64,000 bases of DNA from the NCBI GenBank assembly GCA_964387705.1, contig CAYLWT010000004.1, positions 4,242-68,241 of the forward strand, in the 5' to 3' direction. The translations under genes were made by a program, and so were the position numbers. The stretch is from an uncultured Christensenella sp. Its GTDB lineage: Bacteria > Bacillota > Clostridia > Christensenellales > UBA1242. Below the pieces are notes generated by a model. The model saw only the letters and a list, made by a program, of their open reading frames with translations. It was not told the DNA's origin and searched no databases. Below are positions 9,785 to 21,100 of this stretch, piece by piece (within the stretch, counting starts at the first letter, position 1; each line of letters begins with the position of its first letter).

Positions 9785-11323
9785 TTGAAAAAACTTTTTA
9801 AAGCATTGGCAGTTATAACATCATTTTCAGTGTTAACACGAGCATTGGGTTTTTTCTTTAGAATATTTCTTTCTCGCATGGTGGGCGCGGAAGGCTTGGG
9901 AATTTATCAAATCGCATTCTCAGTCTTTATGGTTTTAGAAACATTTATTTCAAGTGGGCTTCCCCTTGTTGTAAGCAAAAAAATATCTGAATTTGAAACA
10001 AAAGGAGATAAAAAGGGCGGTTACAAAGCAGTTACATCTGCTCTTTTGATTGGAATTTGCACCTCGCTTGTAATTTGTGGAATTGTATTCATGTTTAGAA
10101 ATCTTCTTTCAAGCATCTTCACCGATACCCGTTGCACAGTCATTCTTTTAATACTTCTCCCATCCCTAGTTTTTTCAACGGTTTACTCAATTTTACGCGG
10201 AAGCTTGTGGGGGAAAAAACAATATTTTTTGGTATCACTTACAGAGTTTATAGAACAAATTATAAGAATTGCTTTTACGGTCCTATTTCTTGCAATTTTA
10301 AGTTTTTCGCTTGAAAAAGTTTTTCTTGCCAGCATATCATATACCATTTCTTGCATTGTATCAAGCATACTTGTCCTGTTGCTTTATTTTAAACGAGGCG
10401 GACATTTTTCTTGCCCAAGGGGTAACATAAAACCTATTATAAAATCTTCGCTTCCAATAACCATCGTACGAGTTGTATCAAGCCTTCTTACCCCACTTAT
10501 TTCAGTTATCATTCCACTGCAACTTGTAAACATTGGCTATTCAAATGATCAAGCACTTGCAATCTTTGGCGTCGCAATGGGAATGACCTTTCCCCTTTTA
10601 TATGTCCCCTCAACAGTAATTGGGGCTCTTTCAACGACTCTTATTCCTGATTTATCATCTGCCGTTTTTACACAAAAATATGACGAAATAAAATCAAAAG
10701 TTCACTTCTCAATAAAATTTGCAATTTTTGTCTCGTTCATTTTTATTCCACTATTTTTCTCACTTGGTGGCCCTATCGGAATGTTTTTTTATAACAATGC
10801 CGACTCCGGATATTTTTTAAGTTATTCAAGTTTTCTTGTATTGCCAATATGCCTAAGTGGAGTGACTGTTTCCTGTCTAAATGCACTCAATCTTGAGGTT
10901 AAAAGTTTTATAAATTACCTTATAGGAGCAATTGCCCTTGTTATATGTATAGTATTTTTCACGACAAAACTTGGAGTATTGTCTCTCGTTTGGGGAATGG
11001 CATGTTGTCTTGGTGGAGCAAGTATGCTTAATATTGTTATGCTAAATAAATTTTTAGGCGACAACTTTTTCAATCTCAAATATCTAACTCTCACCATTTT
11101 GTCCTCTCTTGCAAGTCTTTTAATGTCCCGCTGGATTTACAACCTTTGTAAAAATATTTTTCCAATGTTCATTTCCCTTGCTTTAGCCTGTATAATTGCA
11201 ACAATATTCTACTTAATCTTTGGGCTTTTATTTAACCTTTTCAAATTTTCTTTTACAGACTTCAAAAAAGTTATTATTAAAAAGAATTCTATAAAGCATA
11301 CGAAAAAGATGCATAAAATTTAA
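9785..11323 (+). CDS. SpoVB/MurJ-like polysaccharide/lipid II flippase (MOP family)
   Basis: RALGFFFRIFLSRMVGAEGLGIYQ N-terminal motif; about 14 TM helices; TTG start with RBS AGGAG. Confidence 0.85.
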   Translation: MKKLFKALAVITSFSVLTRALGFFFRIFLSRMVGAEGLGIYQIAFSVFMVLETFISSGLPLVVSKKISEFETKGDKKGGYKAVTSALLIGICTSLVICGIVFMFRNLLSSIFTDTRCTVILLILLPSLVFSTVYSILRGSLWGKKQYFLVSLTEFIEQIIRIAFTVLFLAILSFSLEKVFLASISYTISCIVSSILVLLLYFKRGGHFSCPRGNIKPIIKSSLPITIVRVVSSLLTPLISVIIPLQLVNIGYSNDQALAIFGVAMGMTFPLLYVPSTVIGALSTTLIPDLSSAVFTQKYDEIKSKVHFSIKFAIFVSFIFIPLFFSLGGPIGMFFYNNADSGYFLSYSSFLVLPICLSGVTVSCLNALNLEVKSFINYLIGAIALVICIVFFTTKLGVLSLVWGMACCLGGASMLNIVMLNKFLGDNFFNLKYLTLTILSSLASLLMSRWIYNLCKNIFPMFISLALACIIATIFYLIFGLLFNLFKFSFTDFKKVIIKKNSIKHTKKMHKI

Positions 11324-11344
11324 AAAATTGTAAATATTTGTCAT

Positions 11345-12052
11345 ATGATAACATTAATTTTGCGGTCTTTAATAATTTATGCTATTGTTCTTTTTGCTGT
11401 TAGGATTATGGGTAAAAGACAAATTGGAGATATGCAACCTTTTGAACTTGTTGTCACTCTTATAATTGCTGATTTGGCATGCATTCCTATGAGTGATGTT
11501 TCCATTCCACTTGTTTTTGGAATCGTTCCACTTTTAACCCTTGTTGTTTTACACCATGGTTTCACTCTTCTAAATCGCAAAAGCATTTTCTTTAGAAAAC
11601 TTTTAAATGGCAAACCGATAATTGTAATTGATGAAAATGGGATAAACTACCCTGCTCTAAAACAACTCAACATGACATTAAACGACCTAACAGAAGGGCT
11701 TAGAGGCTGTGAATGTTTTGACTTAGCCAATGTTGCATTTGCCATTGTTGAAACCAATGGTAATATAAGCGTGCTTCTAAAATCAATCGCAAGTCCTGCA
11801 ACGAGTGAACAACTAAACCTATCCCCCGAACAGAGTACGTTAAATTTTGTTCTTATAAATGATGGAAAAATTATGGAAGAAAACTTAAACAAACTCAACT
11901 TGTCTCAAAACTTTCTCCAAAAAATTATGAAATCACAAAAAACAAAAAAAGTAGGTGACATTTTGGTCCTAACAATAAATAGCAATGGGAATGTCTATTA
12001 TCAAGAAAAAAACAAACCTTGCAAAACATTTAAATGCGAGGTGAAAAAATGA
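11345..12052 (+). CDS. DUF421 (YetF-like) membrane protein
   Basis: MGKRQIGDMQPFELVVTLIIAD, GKPIIVI and AIVETNGNISV motifs. Confidence 0.85.
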   Translation: MITLILRSLIIYAIVLFAVRIMGKRQIGDMQPFELVVTLIIADLACIPMSDVSIPLVFGIVPLLTLVVLHHGFTLLNRKSIFFRKLLNGKPIIVIDENGINYPALKQLNMTLNDLTEGLRGCECFDLANVAFAIVETNGNISVLLKSIASPATSEQLNLSPEQSTLNFVLINDGKIMEENLNKLNLSQNFLQKIMKSQKTKKVGDILVLTINSNGNVYYQEKNKPCKTFKCEVKK

Positions 12053-12441
12053 AACGAAATATTTATGTTTTATTTTTAATAGCCATTCTTATTTCCGTGT
12101 GTGTTATGGAAGAAATCCTTTTAAAATCAACTCACACTGCTCTCCAAGGATATTCAAATGAATTGACAACCCTTTTTGCTCAACACAAGGAAAACTTAAA
12201 TTTTGATGTGGTTATAAACAAATTTGACGAAACAAAATCATTTTGGGACAGCCAAAAAAAATATATCACATACTTCACAAATTATGACAAAATAAGAACA
12301 ATTGATGAAAGCTTTATCAAACTTGAAGAAGCCATCGATAATAATGACAAATCGCTAGCCCTCGAAAACCTATCAATTATAAAATCTTCAGCAGATTCAC
12401 TTCAGTATTTTATGGGTTTTAATATCAACAATTTGTTTTAA
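12049..12441 (+). CDS. DUF4363-like protein
   Basis: Start moved to ATG 12049 (RBS GAGGTG, overlaps the DUF421 stop). N-terminal TM then W...Y...I..I helical pattern. Usual partner of DUF421 in Clostridia. Confidence 0.65.
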   Translation: MKRNIYVLFLIAILISVCVMEEILLKSTHTALQGYSNELTTLFAQHKENLNFDVVINKFDETKSFWDSQKKYITYFTNYDKIRTIDESFIKLEEAIDNNDKSLALENLSIIKSSADSLQYFMGFNINNLF

Positions 12442-12628
12442 AAATTCGCAAAAAACCTAAAACAAATTTAGCGAACATGACTAAAATTCAGTAAAAATTA
12501 TAATAAAATATATCAAAAAATAGCACTTTTTATATGATTTTTTTAACAAAAAAGTCTATATTTTTTAGTATTTTTTAGTAAAAAACATGACTATTTTTAT
12601 GTTTTTTAGAAAAATTCCGTTTTGTTTA

Positions 12629-13099
12629 TTAATCAAACACCCCACCAAAAATGAGAAACAAAACAGCAATTTCAAGCAACAAAACAAACATAATTGAATA
12701 AAAAAGTTTTGATTTGAAAATTTTTTTGAAGAAGTTCGTTTTTTTACGTTTTGAATTTCTAAAATATTTTGAAGATATTGGCCTAGCATAAACCCTTTCA
12801 TTCGATTTTTTTGCATATTCTTCCGTTTTTTGTTTTTCTTTCGCTAGTTTGGAATGCCTACGTTCAAACTTGCTTGGGGATTTGTTTATATTGTTAATAA
12901 TATCATAATCCATACGTTTAACCGGGTCCCTCAAAGTGCAATATGCTTCGGAAAGGCTTGCCATATAACTTTCTGCAAATTCTTTATCACCGACATAACG
13001 ATCTGGGTGATACATCGATGCAAGCGAAATGAACGCCTTTTTAATTTCTTCGGGCGTTGCATTAGGTTTTATTCGCAGTAATTCATAAAAATTTTCCAC
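12629..13099 (-). CDS. DnaJ (J-domain) protein with C-terminal TM helix
   Basis: NFYELLRIKPNATPEEIKKAF...YHPDRY (HPD motif); hydrophobic C-terminus. Confidence 0.85.
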   Translation of the reverse strand: MENFYELLRIKPNATPEEIKKAFISLASMYHPDRYVGDKEFAESYMASLSEAYCTLRDPVKRMDYDIINNINKSPSKFERRHSKLAKEKQKTEEYAKKSNERVYARPISSKYFRNSKRKKTNFFKKIFKSKLFYSIMFVLLLEIAVLFLIFGGVFD

Positions 13100-13195
13100 A
13101 ATTTATTTTAACTCATTTTATTATATTTTGCAATTCTTTATCTGCAATTTTTTATAATTCTTTGATAATAAAAAATATGAATTTTAATGGATAAA

Positions 13196-16009
13196 CTACT
13201 TTAAAATTTTTTTAAGGAAAATTCCCGTTTTGCTATCTTTTGATTTGGCGATTTGTTCTGGCGTGCCATATGCAACCACTTCACCACCTCTATCTCCACC
13301 ATTTGGGCCTAAATCAATAATATAATCTGCAATTTTTATAACATCAAGGTTATGCTCAATTACAACAACAGAATTATTTTTATCAACAAGCTTTTGAAGA
13401 ATATTTACAAGGTTATTGATATCATAACTGTGAAGTCCAGTTGTTGGTTCGTCAAGAATATATAATGTCTTGCCGGTATCCCTCTTGCAGAGTTCGCTGG
13501 CAAGCTTAACCCTTTGGGCCTCACCACCGCTAAGTGTTGTTGCACTTTGCCCAAGTTTAATATATCCCAGTCCAACATCATAAAGGCTTTGAATTTTGTT
13601 TTTGATTGATGGCAAATTTTCAAAAAATTTTAGTGCCTCCTCCACACTCATTTCAAGCACATCACTTATGCTTTTTCCCTTATATTTAACTTGCAAAGTT
13701 TCCCTGTTATATCTTCTTCCATGACAAAATGGACATGGCACATAAACATCAGGCAAAAAGTACATCTCAACTTTTTTCTCACCATCACCCTCACAGTTTT
13801 CGCACCTGCCACCTTTCACATTAAAACTAAATCTGCCACTTGTATATCCACGCTCTTGAGCATCTGGTGTAGATGCAAATAAATCACGAATAAGTGTAAA
13901 GAGCCCAATGTATGTTGCTGGATTGCTTCGAGGGGTTCTGCCAATTGGCGATTGATCAATGTTTATCACTTTGTCAATTTGTTCAATACCCTTTATACTT
14001 TTATACTTTCCTTCTTGCAAACTTGAATGCATAATTTGATTGGATACCGCTGGGAACAAAACCTCATTTACAAGGCTAGATTTCCCACTGCCACTAAGTC
14101 CTGTTACAACAGTCAACACACCAAGCGGAATATCAACTTTTATATTTTTAAGATTATTTTGTTTCACCCCAGAAAGAGTTAAATAGCCTTGTGGCTTTCG
14201 TCTATTTTTTGGGACTTCAATTTTAAGTTCACCTGTCAAATACTTCCCGGTTAATGACTCTTTGCATTTCATAATGTCATTTGGAGAACCACAAGCCACG
14301 ATATTACCCCCAAATTCGCCTGCTTTTGGGCCAAGGTCCACAACATAGTCTGCACTTCTAATGGTATCCTCATCGTGTTCCACAACAATAAGTGTATTGC
14401 CTAAGTCCCGTAGCTTTTTCAAAGAATTAAGTAATTTTTCGTTGTCATACTGATGGAGTCCAATGCTTGGTTCATCAAAAATATACAAAACCCCAACAAG
14501 TCCACTGCCTATTTGTGTTGCAAGTCTAATACGTTGTGCTTCGCCACCACTTAATGTTTTTGCCATTCTAGAAAGTGTCAAATAATCAAGTCCAACATCA
14601 CACAAAAAAGTAAGCCTTGCAATAATTTCTTTCAAAATTGGGTTCGCAACTGCCTCATCTTGTGGTTTAATTTTAAGATTTGAGCAAAACTCTTTCAATT
14701 CCATAGCGCTCATTTCTGTCAAATCACTTATATTTTTTCGTCCAATAAACACCGAAAGGGCTTTCTTGTTCAATCTCTTCCCTGCGCACTCACTGCAAAG
14801 AGATTCTCGCATAAGTTTGCTGTACTCTTGCTTTGCATACTCACTCTTGCTTTCGGCAAAACGACGTTTGAGCATTGGCACAACACCTTCCCAACAGCCT
14901 TTATAACTGCCAGAAAATTTTGAATTTGCATACGTTAAATCCAATTCTTCACCATTGTTTCCATAAAGCAAAATATCCATAACTTTTTTTGGAAGCAATT
15001 TTATCGGCACATCAAGACTAAAGTCATATTTTTTTGATAAAGCATTTAAATACATCTCGCTTATTGACGATATTTCCATTGCCCAGTTTGCAATCCTCAT
15101 TCCGCCTTCACGAAGTGTTTTATTTGAGTCTTTTATAAGCAATTTTTCATCAATATCAGATACAAATCCCAACCCTCCACACTTTTCACATGCGCCAAAT
15201 GGGCTGTTAAAACTGAAAAGTCGTGGTGAAATTTCCTCAAAAGAGAACCCACAATCTGCACACGAGTAAGAATTGTTGAAAATCAATTTCTCATCATTAA
15301 TTTCAATGGCAACAAGACCAGAAGATTTTTTAAGTGCAACTTCCACACTCTGCGAAAGTCTACTCCTGTTTTCTTCTCTAATTTTAAGTCTGTCAACTAC
15401 AACGCTAATCTCGTGCTTTACATTTTTTTCGAGCACAATTTCATCACTTAAGTCGCGGATTTCCCCATCAATTTCCACACGAGCGAAACCATCTTTTTTT
15501 AATTCTTCAAAAAGTTTTGCAAATGTACCCTTTTCGCTTCGAACAATGGGAGCAACCACAACAACTTTGCTCCCCTCCTCGTGTTCCATAACACTATCCA
15601 CAATGTTGTCAACGGTGGTTGTTGTTATTGGTTTTTTGCAATGCGGACAATAAGGTGTTCCAATCCGAGAAAAAAGCAATCGCAAATAATCATAAATTTC
15701 CGTCACTGTACCGACAGTTGAACGTGGGTTGTGCGATGTCGTTTTTTGGTCAATTGAAATAGCGGGGGAAAGTCCTTCTATTTTTTCCACAGCAGGCTTC
15801 CCCATTTGCCCCAAAAATTGCCTTGCATATGACGAAAGAGACTCTATGAAACGCCTTTGTCCCTCGGCAAAAATAGTGCCAAATGCAAGTGTTGATTTTC
15901 CACTTCCACTTACGCCACTAAAAACAATCAATTTATTTCTTGGGAGAGTTAAATTTATATTTTTAAGATTATTCTCCTTCGCCCCAAAAATTTGTATTTT
16001 ATCTTCCAT
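13196..16009 (-). CDS. uvrA: Excinuclease ABC subunit A
   Basis: GVSGSGKS and GLSGSGKS Walker A motifs, LSGGEAQR twice, zinc fingers; 937 aa. Confidence 0.98.
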   Translation of the reverse strand: MEDKIQIFGAKENNLKNINLTLPRNKLIVFSGVSGSGKSTLAFGTIFAEGQRRFIESLSSYARQFLGQMGKPAVEKIEGLSPAISIDQKTTSHNPRSTVGTVTEIYDYLRLLFSRIGTPYCPHCKKPITTTTVDNIVDSVMEHEEGSKVVVVAPIVRSEKGTFAKLFEELKKDGFARVEIDGEIRDLSDEIVLEKNVKHEISVVVDRLKIREENRSRLSQSVEVALKKSSGLVAIEINDEKLIFNNSYSCADCGFSFEEISPRLFSFNSPFGACEKCGGLGFVSDIDEKLLIKDSNKTLREGGMRIANWAMEISSISEMYLNALSKKYDFSLDVPIKLLPKKVMDILLYGNNGEELDLTYANSKFSGSYKGCWEGVVPMLKRRFAESKSEYAKQEYSKLMRESLCSECAGKRLNKKALSVFIGRKNISDLTEMSAMELKEFCSNLKIKPQDEAVANPILKEIIARLTFLCDVGLDYLTLSRMAKTLSGGEAQRIRLATQIGSGLVGVLYIFDEPSIGLHQYDNEKLLNSLKKLRDLGNTLIVVEHDEDTIRSADYVVDLGPKAGEFGGNIVACGSPNDIMKCKESLTGKYLTGELKIEVPKNRRKPQGYLTLSGVKQNNLKNIKVDIPLGVLTVVTGLSGSGKSSLVNEVLFPAVSNQIMHSSLQEGKYKSIKGIEQIDKVINIDQSPIGRTPRSNPATYIGLFTLIRDLFASTPDAQERGYTSGRFSFNVKGGRCENCEGDGEKKVEMYFLPDVYVPCPFCHGRRYNRETLQVKYKGKSISDVLEMSVEEALKFFENLPSIKNKIQSLYDVGLGYIKLGQSATTLSGGEAQRVKLASELCKRDTGKTLYILDEPTTGLHSYDINNLVNILQKLVDKNNSVVVIEHNLDVIKIADYIIDLGPNGGDRGGEVVAYGTPEQIAKSKDSKTGIFLKKILK

Positions 16010-16023
16010 CTTATTCCTCTAAA

Positions 16024-17982
16024 TCAGTTGTTTAACATTACTTTTAATTCACCAATTCTATCTCGAAGTTTAATTGCACTTTCAAAATCAAGGCTCTTAA
16101 CACAACTTTCCATAAGATTTTTTAGATGTTCTATCTCCTTTAAAATATCTTTTCTTGAAAGTTTGCTATCATCTGTCTTTTTTACTTTCGAAGTAATTCC
16201 AATGGTTGAAGAAACATCCTTTATAATAGTTTTTGGTGTGATGTTATGTTCTTCATTATATTTTTGTTGAATTTTTCTTCTTTCGTTTGTAATATCAATG
16301 GCTCGCTTCATAGAATCAGTTATTGTATCTGCATACATAATCACTTTTGACTCGCTGTTTCTTGCGGCCCGCCCAATTGTTTGAATGAGGGCCGTGTCAC
16401 TTCGTAAAAAGCCTTCCTTATCGGCGTCCAAAATTGCCACTCGCATAACCTCTGGGATGTCCAATCCTTCCCTTAAAAGATTAATGCCAACAAGCACATC
16501 AAACACTCCACGACGAAGGCCGTTTATTATATCTAGCCGTTCAAGAGCATCAATATCCGAATGCATATAGCGTGTTTTTATTTTAAAACTTGTCAAATAT
16601 TCAGTTAAACTCTCCGCCATTTTTTTTGTAAGAGTTGTGACAAGAACTCGTCCTCCCGCATTTGTTGCAATGTTAATCTCCTCAATCAAATCATCTACTT
16701 GATATTTTGTCGGACGGATTTCAACAATTGGATCAAGAAGCCCTGTTGGTCTTATAAGTTGAATTGCAACATTTTCCGCACGTTCCATTTCATATTTCGC
16801 TGGGGTGGCCGAAACATAAACCACCTGATTTATTCGCTCATTAAATTCATCAAAATTAAGTGGTCTATTGTCGAAAGCCGATTGCAACCTAAAACCATAA
16901 TTCACAAGTGACTCTTTGCGTTGGTGATCTCCATTGAACATCCCTCTAACTTGTGGCAAAGTTATATGGCTTTCATCAACAAAAAGCAAGAAGTCTTTTG
17001 GGAAATAGTCCAAAAGAGTGAACGGAGCTTGTCCGGGTTTTCTCCCATCAAAGTATCTAGAATAGTTTTCAATTCCGCTACAATAGCCAATTTCTCGCAT
17101 CATTTCAATGTCATAGCTCACCCGTTCTTTAAGTCTTTGTGCTTCAAGGAGTTTTCCTTGTTCTAAAAACCGTTCTACTTCGTCATCTCTATCCTTTTCG
17201 ATGTTTTTTATTGCTTTTTGCAATTCTTCACTTTTGACCGCATAGTGAGTCGCAGGGAAAATCGCTACGTGTTTCAAGTCACAAATAGTTTTCCCCGACA
17301 CGACATCAAATTCGCGAATTCTATCCACAGTGGTATCAAAAAATTCAATTCTAATTGCTTTTTCGTTATAATTTGATGGAATTATATCCAAAATGTCGCC
17401 TTTTATTCTAAAAGTTGACCTTTTAAAATCCAAATCGTTTCGTTCATAGCGAATCTCAATAAGTTTTTTGATAAGTTCTTGCCTGTCATAATCTTCACCA
17501 AGACGAATTGATATGCTCATATCGTAATATTCTTGAGGGGCTCCAAGGGCATATATACACGAAACTGAAGCCACTACGATAACATTATTTGATTCCAAAA
17601 GAGAACAAGTTGCGGAGTGACGCAGTTTATCAATTTCATCATTTACCGACGCATCTTTTTCAATATATGTGTCACTCTTTACAATATAAGCCTCAGGTTG
17701 ATAATAATCATAGTAAGACACAAAATATTCCACACGATTGTTTGGGAAAAATTCTCTAAATTCATTGCAAAGTTGGCCTGCAAGAGTTTTATTGTGTGCT
17801 AAAACAAGTGTTGGCTTGTTTACTTGCTTAATAATATTCGCCATAGTAAACGTTTTGCCACTCCCCGTAACACCCTGAAGGACCTGTTCTTTCAGACCTT
17901 CGTTTATGCCACGAACAATGCTATCCACCGCTTGGGGCTGGTCACCGCACAATTCAAAATTTGAATGTAGATCAAAAGCCAT
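16024..17982 (-). CDS. uvrB: Excinuclease ABC subunit B
   Basis: [20 protein letters not shown] and [14 protein letters not shown] motifs; C-terminal UVR domain. Confidence 0.98.
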   Translation of the reverse strand: MAFDLHSNFELCGDQPQAVDSIVRGINEGLKEQVLQGVTGSGKTFTMANIIKQVNKPTLVLAHNKTLAGQLCNEFREFFPNNRVEYFVSYYDYYQPEAYIVKSDTYIEKDASVNDEIDKLRHSATCSLLESNNVIVVASVSCIYALGAPQEYYDMSISIRLGEDYDRQELIKKLIEIRYERNDLDFKRSTFRIKGDILDIIPSNYNEKAIRIEFFDTTVDRIREFDVVSGKTICDLKHVAIFPATHYAVKSEELQKAIKNIEKDRDDEVERFLEQGKLLEAQRLKERVSYDIEMMREIGYCSGIENYSRYFDGRKPGQAPFTLLDYFPKDFLLFVDESHITLPQVRGMFNGDHQRKESLVNYGFRLQSAFDNRPLNFDEFNERINQVVYVSATPAKYEMERAENVAIQLIRPTGLLDPIVEIRPTKYQVDDLIEEINIATNAGGRVLVTTLTKKMAESLTEYLTSFKIKTRYMHSDIDALERLDIINGLRRGVFDVLVGINLLREGLDIPEVMRVAILDADKEGFLRSDTALIQTIGRAARNSESKVIMYADTITDSMKRAIDITNERRKIQQKYNEEHNITPKTIIKDVSSTIGITSKVKKTDDSKLSRKDILKEIEHLKNLMESCVKSLDFESAIKLRDRIGELKVMLNN

Positions 17983-18003
17983 AAAACTCTCCTATTCTCA
18001 AGT

Positions 18004-18049
18004 ATTATATCACTATTCTCAAAAAAAACAACTATTTGAACATTTGTTT
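18004..18049 (-). promoter_or_regulatory. uvrBA promoter with putative LexA (SOS) box
   Basis: Extended -10 TGaTATAAT (18004-18012). GAAC-ATTT-GTTT at 18038-18049 is one mismatch from the firmicute GAAC-N4-GTTC box and lies just upstream of the -35 position. Confidence 0.55.
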
Positions 18050-18077
18050 TGTCATTATTAAAAGAGTCTACGAAGTC

Positions 18078-18112
18078 AAAAAATCTCTCAGACATTGTCC
18101 GAGAGATTTTTT
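18078..18112. terminator. Intrinsic terminator downstream of the giant Ig-repeat protein gene
   Basis: aaaaaatctctcagaca-t-tgtccgagagatttttt, near-perfect inverted repeat with A/T tracts on both sides. Confidence 0.8.
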
Positions 18113-18146
18113 ATTAAAAATTCAATTAAGCTTCAATCTTGTCATT

Positions 18147-21100
18147 TTACTTGCTTTCAGCTTTTTTGCCCTTCTTTCTATTTTTGGCAATTTTTGTGCC
18201 TTTGATGAAGTAAAGCACCACACCAGCAAGAACGATCACAGAGATAATAATAAGAATCGTTCCAATTATTGTTGTTTTTTCAGAAGTTGAAGATTCTGGA
18301 GCAACGACTTTAAATTGTCTTGACCATGTTTCTTTGTTTCCTGCTTTGTCAGTTGCAGTAAAGGTAATTGTATATGTCCCAGCAGTAGTGAAATCATAAG
18401 TCAAATAACCATCATCGTTAGATGTCGAAGAAACTTTCGAACTATTCCCATCAGTTATTGTTACACCAACTGTGTAATAATGATAGAGCACTTCACTGCT
18501 ATCTGCTTCTTTATATTCCTTGCAATTAAAACCTTCATACCCTGAAACATTATCTTTAAGGTAGATATCCTCAGAAGCATATTCTGTTTCGGAATAAATT
18601 CTTGCATTTGTGTTAATTTTTAAAGTTGTATTCCCGCCGAGAACAAATCCAGAATCAAGAGTATTCTTCAACTTTGAAGTCAGAATGATTTGTGGGGCTT
18701 CAGTATCTCCAACACGAATAGTAATCGTTTTTTCGTTTTCCGCACTGTTACCATTCAAGTCAGTTGCTGTGTAAGTTATTGTATAAGTTCCCCTTGCATC
18801 TGGTGTAAATTTGAACATTCCATCTTCAAGCTTAAAGCTAAATCTGTCTGTCCCATCTTTAAGATTGCCTTGCATATCGTATTCATATTCACTCTTGCTA
18901 TCGCTTCCCTTTGTTGGCGCGGAGAGTTTTATCGAGCCTGTTGCTCCAAAAACTCCACTCTTTGCAACAGTTGAATTCTCTGGTTTTTGATCTTTAACTG
19001 TGAATGTTGGGATTGAAACTTCTTGGAACCCCGCTGAAATATCATCTTCAGAATAAGAAATCTCGTCAGTTGTATCTCCGTTGAGATAGATAACTGGTTT
19101 CAATGTGTCTTCAACTTTAACAGTGAAAGAATTCTTTGCTGAAACGTTCCCTTCGCTATCTTTTGCAGAAACATAAACTGTATACGTTCCAACCTTTTGT
19201 GGAGTGAATGTCTTTTCATAGTTGTTGCACCATGTGTTAACAGATTCTCCATTGGCATCTTTGACTTCAAAAATCAAAGTGACATCTGCATCGGCAGATT
19301 GATTGTCTGTTGCTACAATTTGACTGAGGTTCAAAGTCTCCCCAAGTTCAATTGTAGAGTCACTGCTGTCCACTCCCGAAATAATAGGAGCTTCTTTGTC
19401 GGTTGCTTGAACAAGAACAATCGAATAAGAAACAGTGTTTCCTCCTCTATCTTGAAGGTAATATGTTACGGTGTAATAGTTGCCTGCATCTGCATTTGTT
19501 GGAGTAAATTTAATTCCTGGGAATTCATATTCAAATTGTTCACCTGAGGCTTTGATAACCAAAGCTCCTCTCTCTGAATAGTTATAAATATTACCCTTTG
19601 TATCTCTTACTTCTGCATATACATAAGCACTTGAAGTGTTATCTGTAAATTTCACGCCGTCAACTTCAATTTCTTTAAATTGTTCAACCGCAATTGTGTC
19701 TTGTGCAAAGATTGTACTTGTTGTGTCAGACGCAAATTTAGGAGCACTTGTATCATCAAGATTTTTAAGAGAAATTTTATAACTTGCCATTGCAACAGAC
19801 TTGTCTTTATCTTCAGTTGTCGCCTTGTCATATTCCTTAAACCAATTTAAAATAAGTTCTTCTGCTTGAGTTTTCGTTGCTCCTGCGAGCGCAACCCTAT
19901 TATTGTTAGTTGTATAGAAACTTGAACCATAGTTCATAACATAAGTTCTAATTTCAAAGTTTCTTACTGTTGTTTCAGACACAAGATCATACAATGTCTT
20001 GTCTGTTGAGCCAACTTTCTCATCCATTTTCACAACAATGTTCTCACCGTCGTCATCAAGTGAAAGCTGATGATAAGTCAAACTTCCATCGTTACCTGTA
20101 ATCACTGCATAATATCTAACAAGATTTTTTGTCGAACTATCAGAAATTGCTGGGACAGCAAGTTTAAACTCTTGATTTTCTGTAACATTGTTGATGGTAG
20201 ACTTCCCATAAGCGACAGTTGGTGTACCATAGTCGACATCATCTTCCACAACTTCAAATGTATATGTTCTAGAAGATGAGTTGGAATTCAATGCCTTGTC
20301 TGTCGCGTTAAGTGTCAAAGTATATGTCCCTGCACCAAAGACATTCTCATCTATTTTAACAAAAACAACTTGAGAGTTCTTTGCACGCATATATTCGTCA
20401 TTTTCGAAATCACCAGTTTTCTTTGTAAACTTGTTACTTTCAACCTTAAAGTTGCTATTGTCTACGTCAGAGAATGTGACGATGTCATCGATTTTTGAGC
20501 CTTCTTTCTCAAGATAAAATCCCGAGCTTGAGTCAGTTGTGCCATCTTGTCTTGTAAGATAAATAGTCCCCGAAACATTGGTTGAAGTTGTTTCATTTTT
20601 CTTTGTCGACTTAAACGTTTTGTCTTTAGAAGAGATAGAACGAGTGATTGAACTTATGCCACTATTGTCACTTGCATAAATTGCTGGAACGGCAATCACA
20701 TCACCAATTTTAACTTTTGTTGGAATTGAATACGAATAGTCAGTAAGATCTTCCGTTGAGATATCGCTTGCAAGCCCATCAAAACTTCGTGCGAAGGAAA
20801 CTGTAGGAGCCTTTCTATCTGTAATTGACACTTGATAATAATTAGGAGAATCTGAATTGTCATCATCTTCCACCACATTGCCATAGAAGTCACGGACATT
20901 GTAATATATTTCATATGTTGAGCCAGTTGCTGCAAGTGGGATGAAGTAGAACCCCTTTTCATCCTTGCCCATAGTAACCTTGTCAGTCGAATACCCATCT
21001 TTTGTTTTAACTCTTACTTTATAGTAATAGAAAACATTAACTGAGGCTTTATTATTCTTAAGATCAACCGCACTAACTGTTGGAAGATAAACCTTTTCAC

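Noticed and set aside
12470-12600. Short direct repeats (aacatgacta twice; ttttttagta tandem) in the DUF4363/DnaJ spacer
   Set aside because: The sequence is low-complexity and AT-rich with no regular spacing or unique spacers, so it is not CRISPR-like and I found no second locus.
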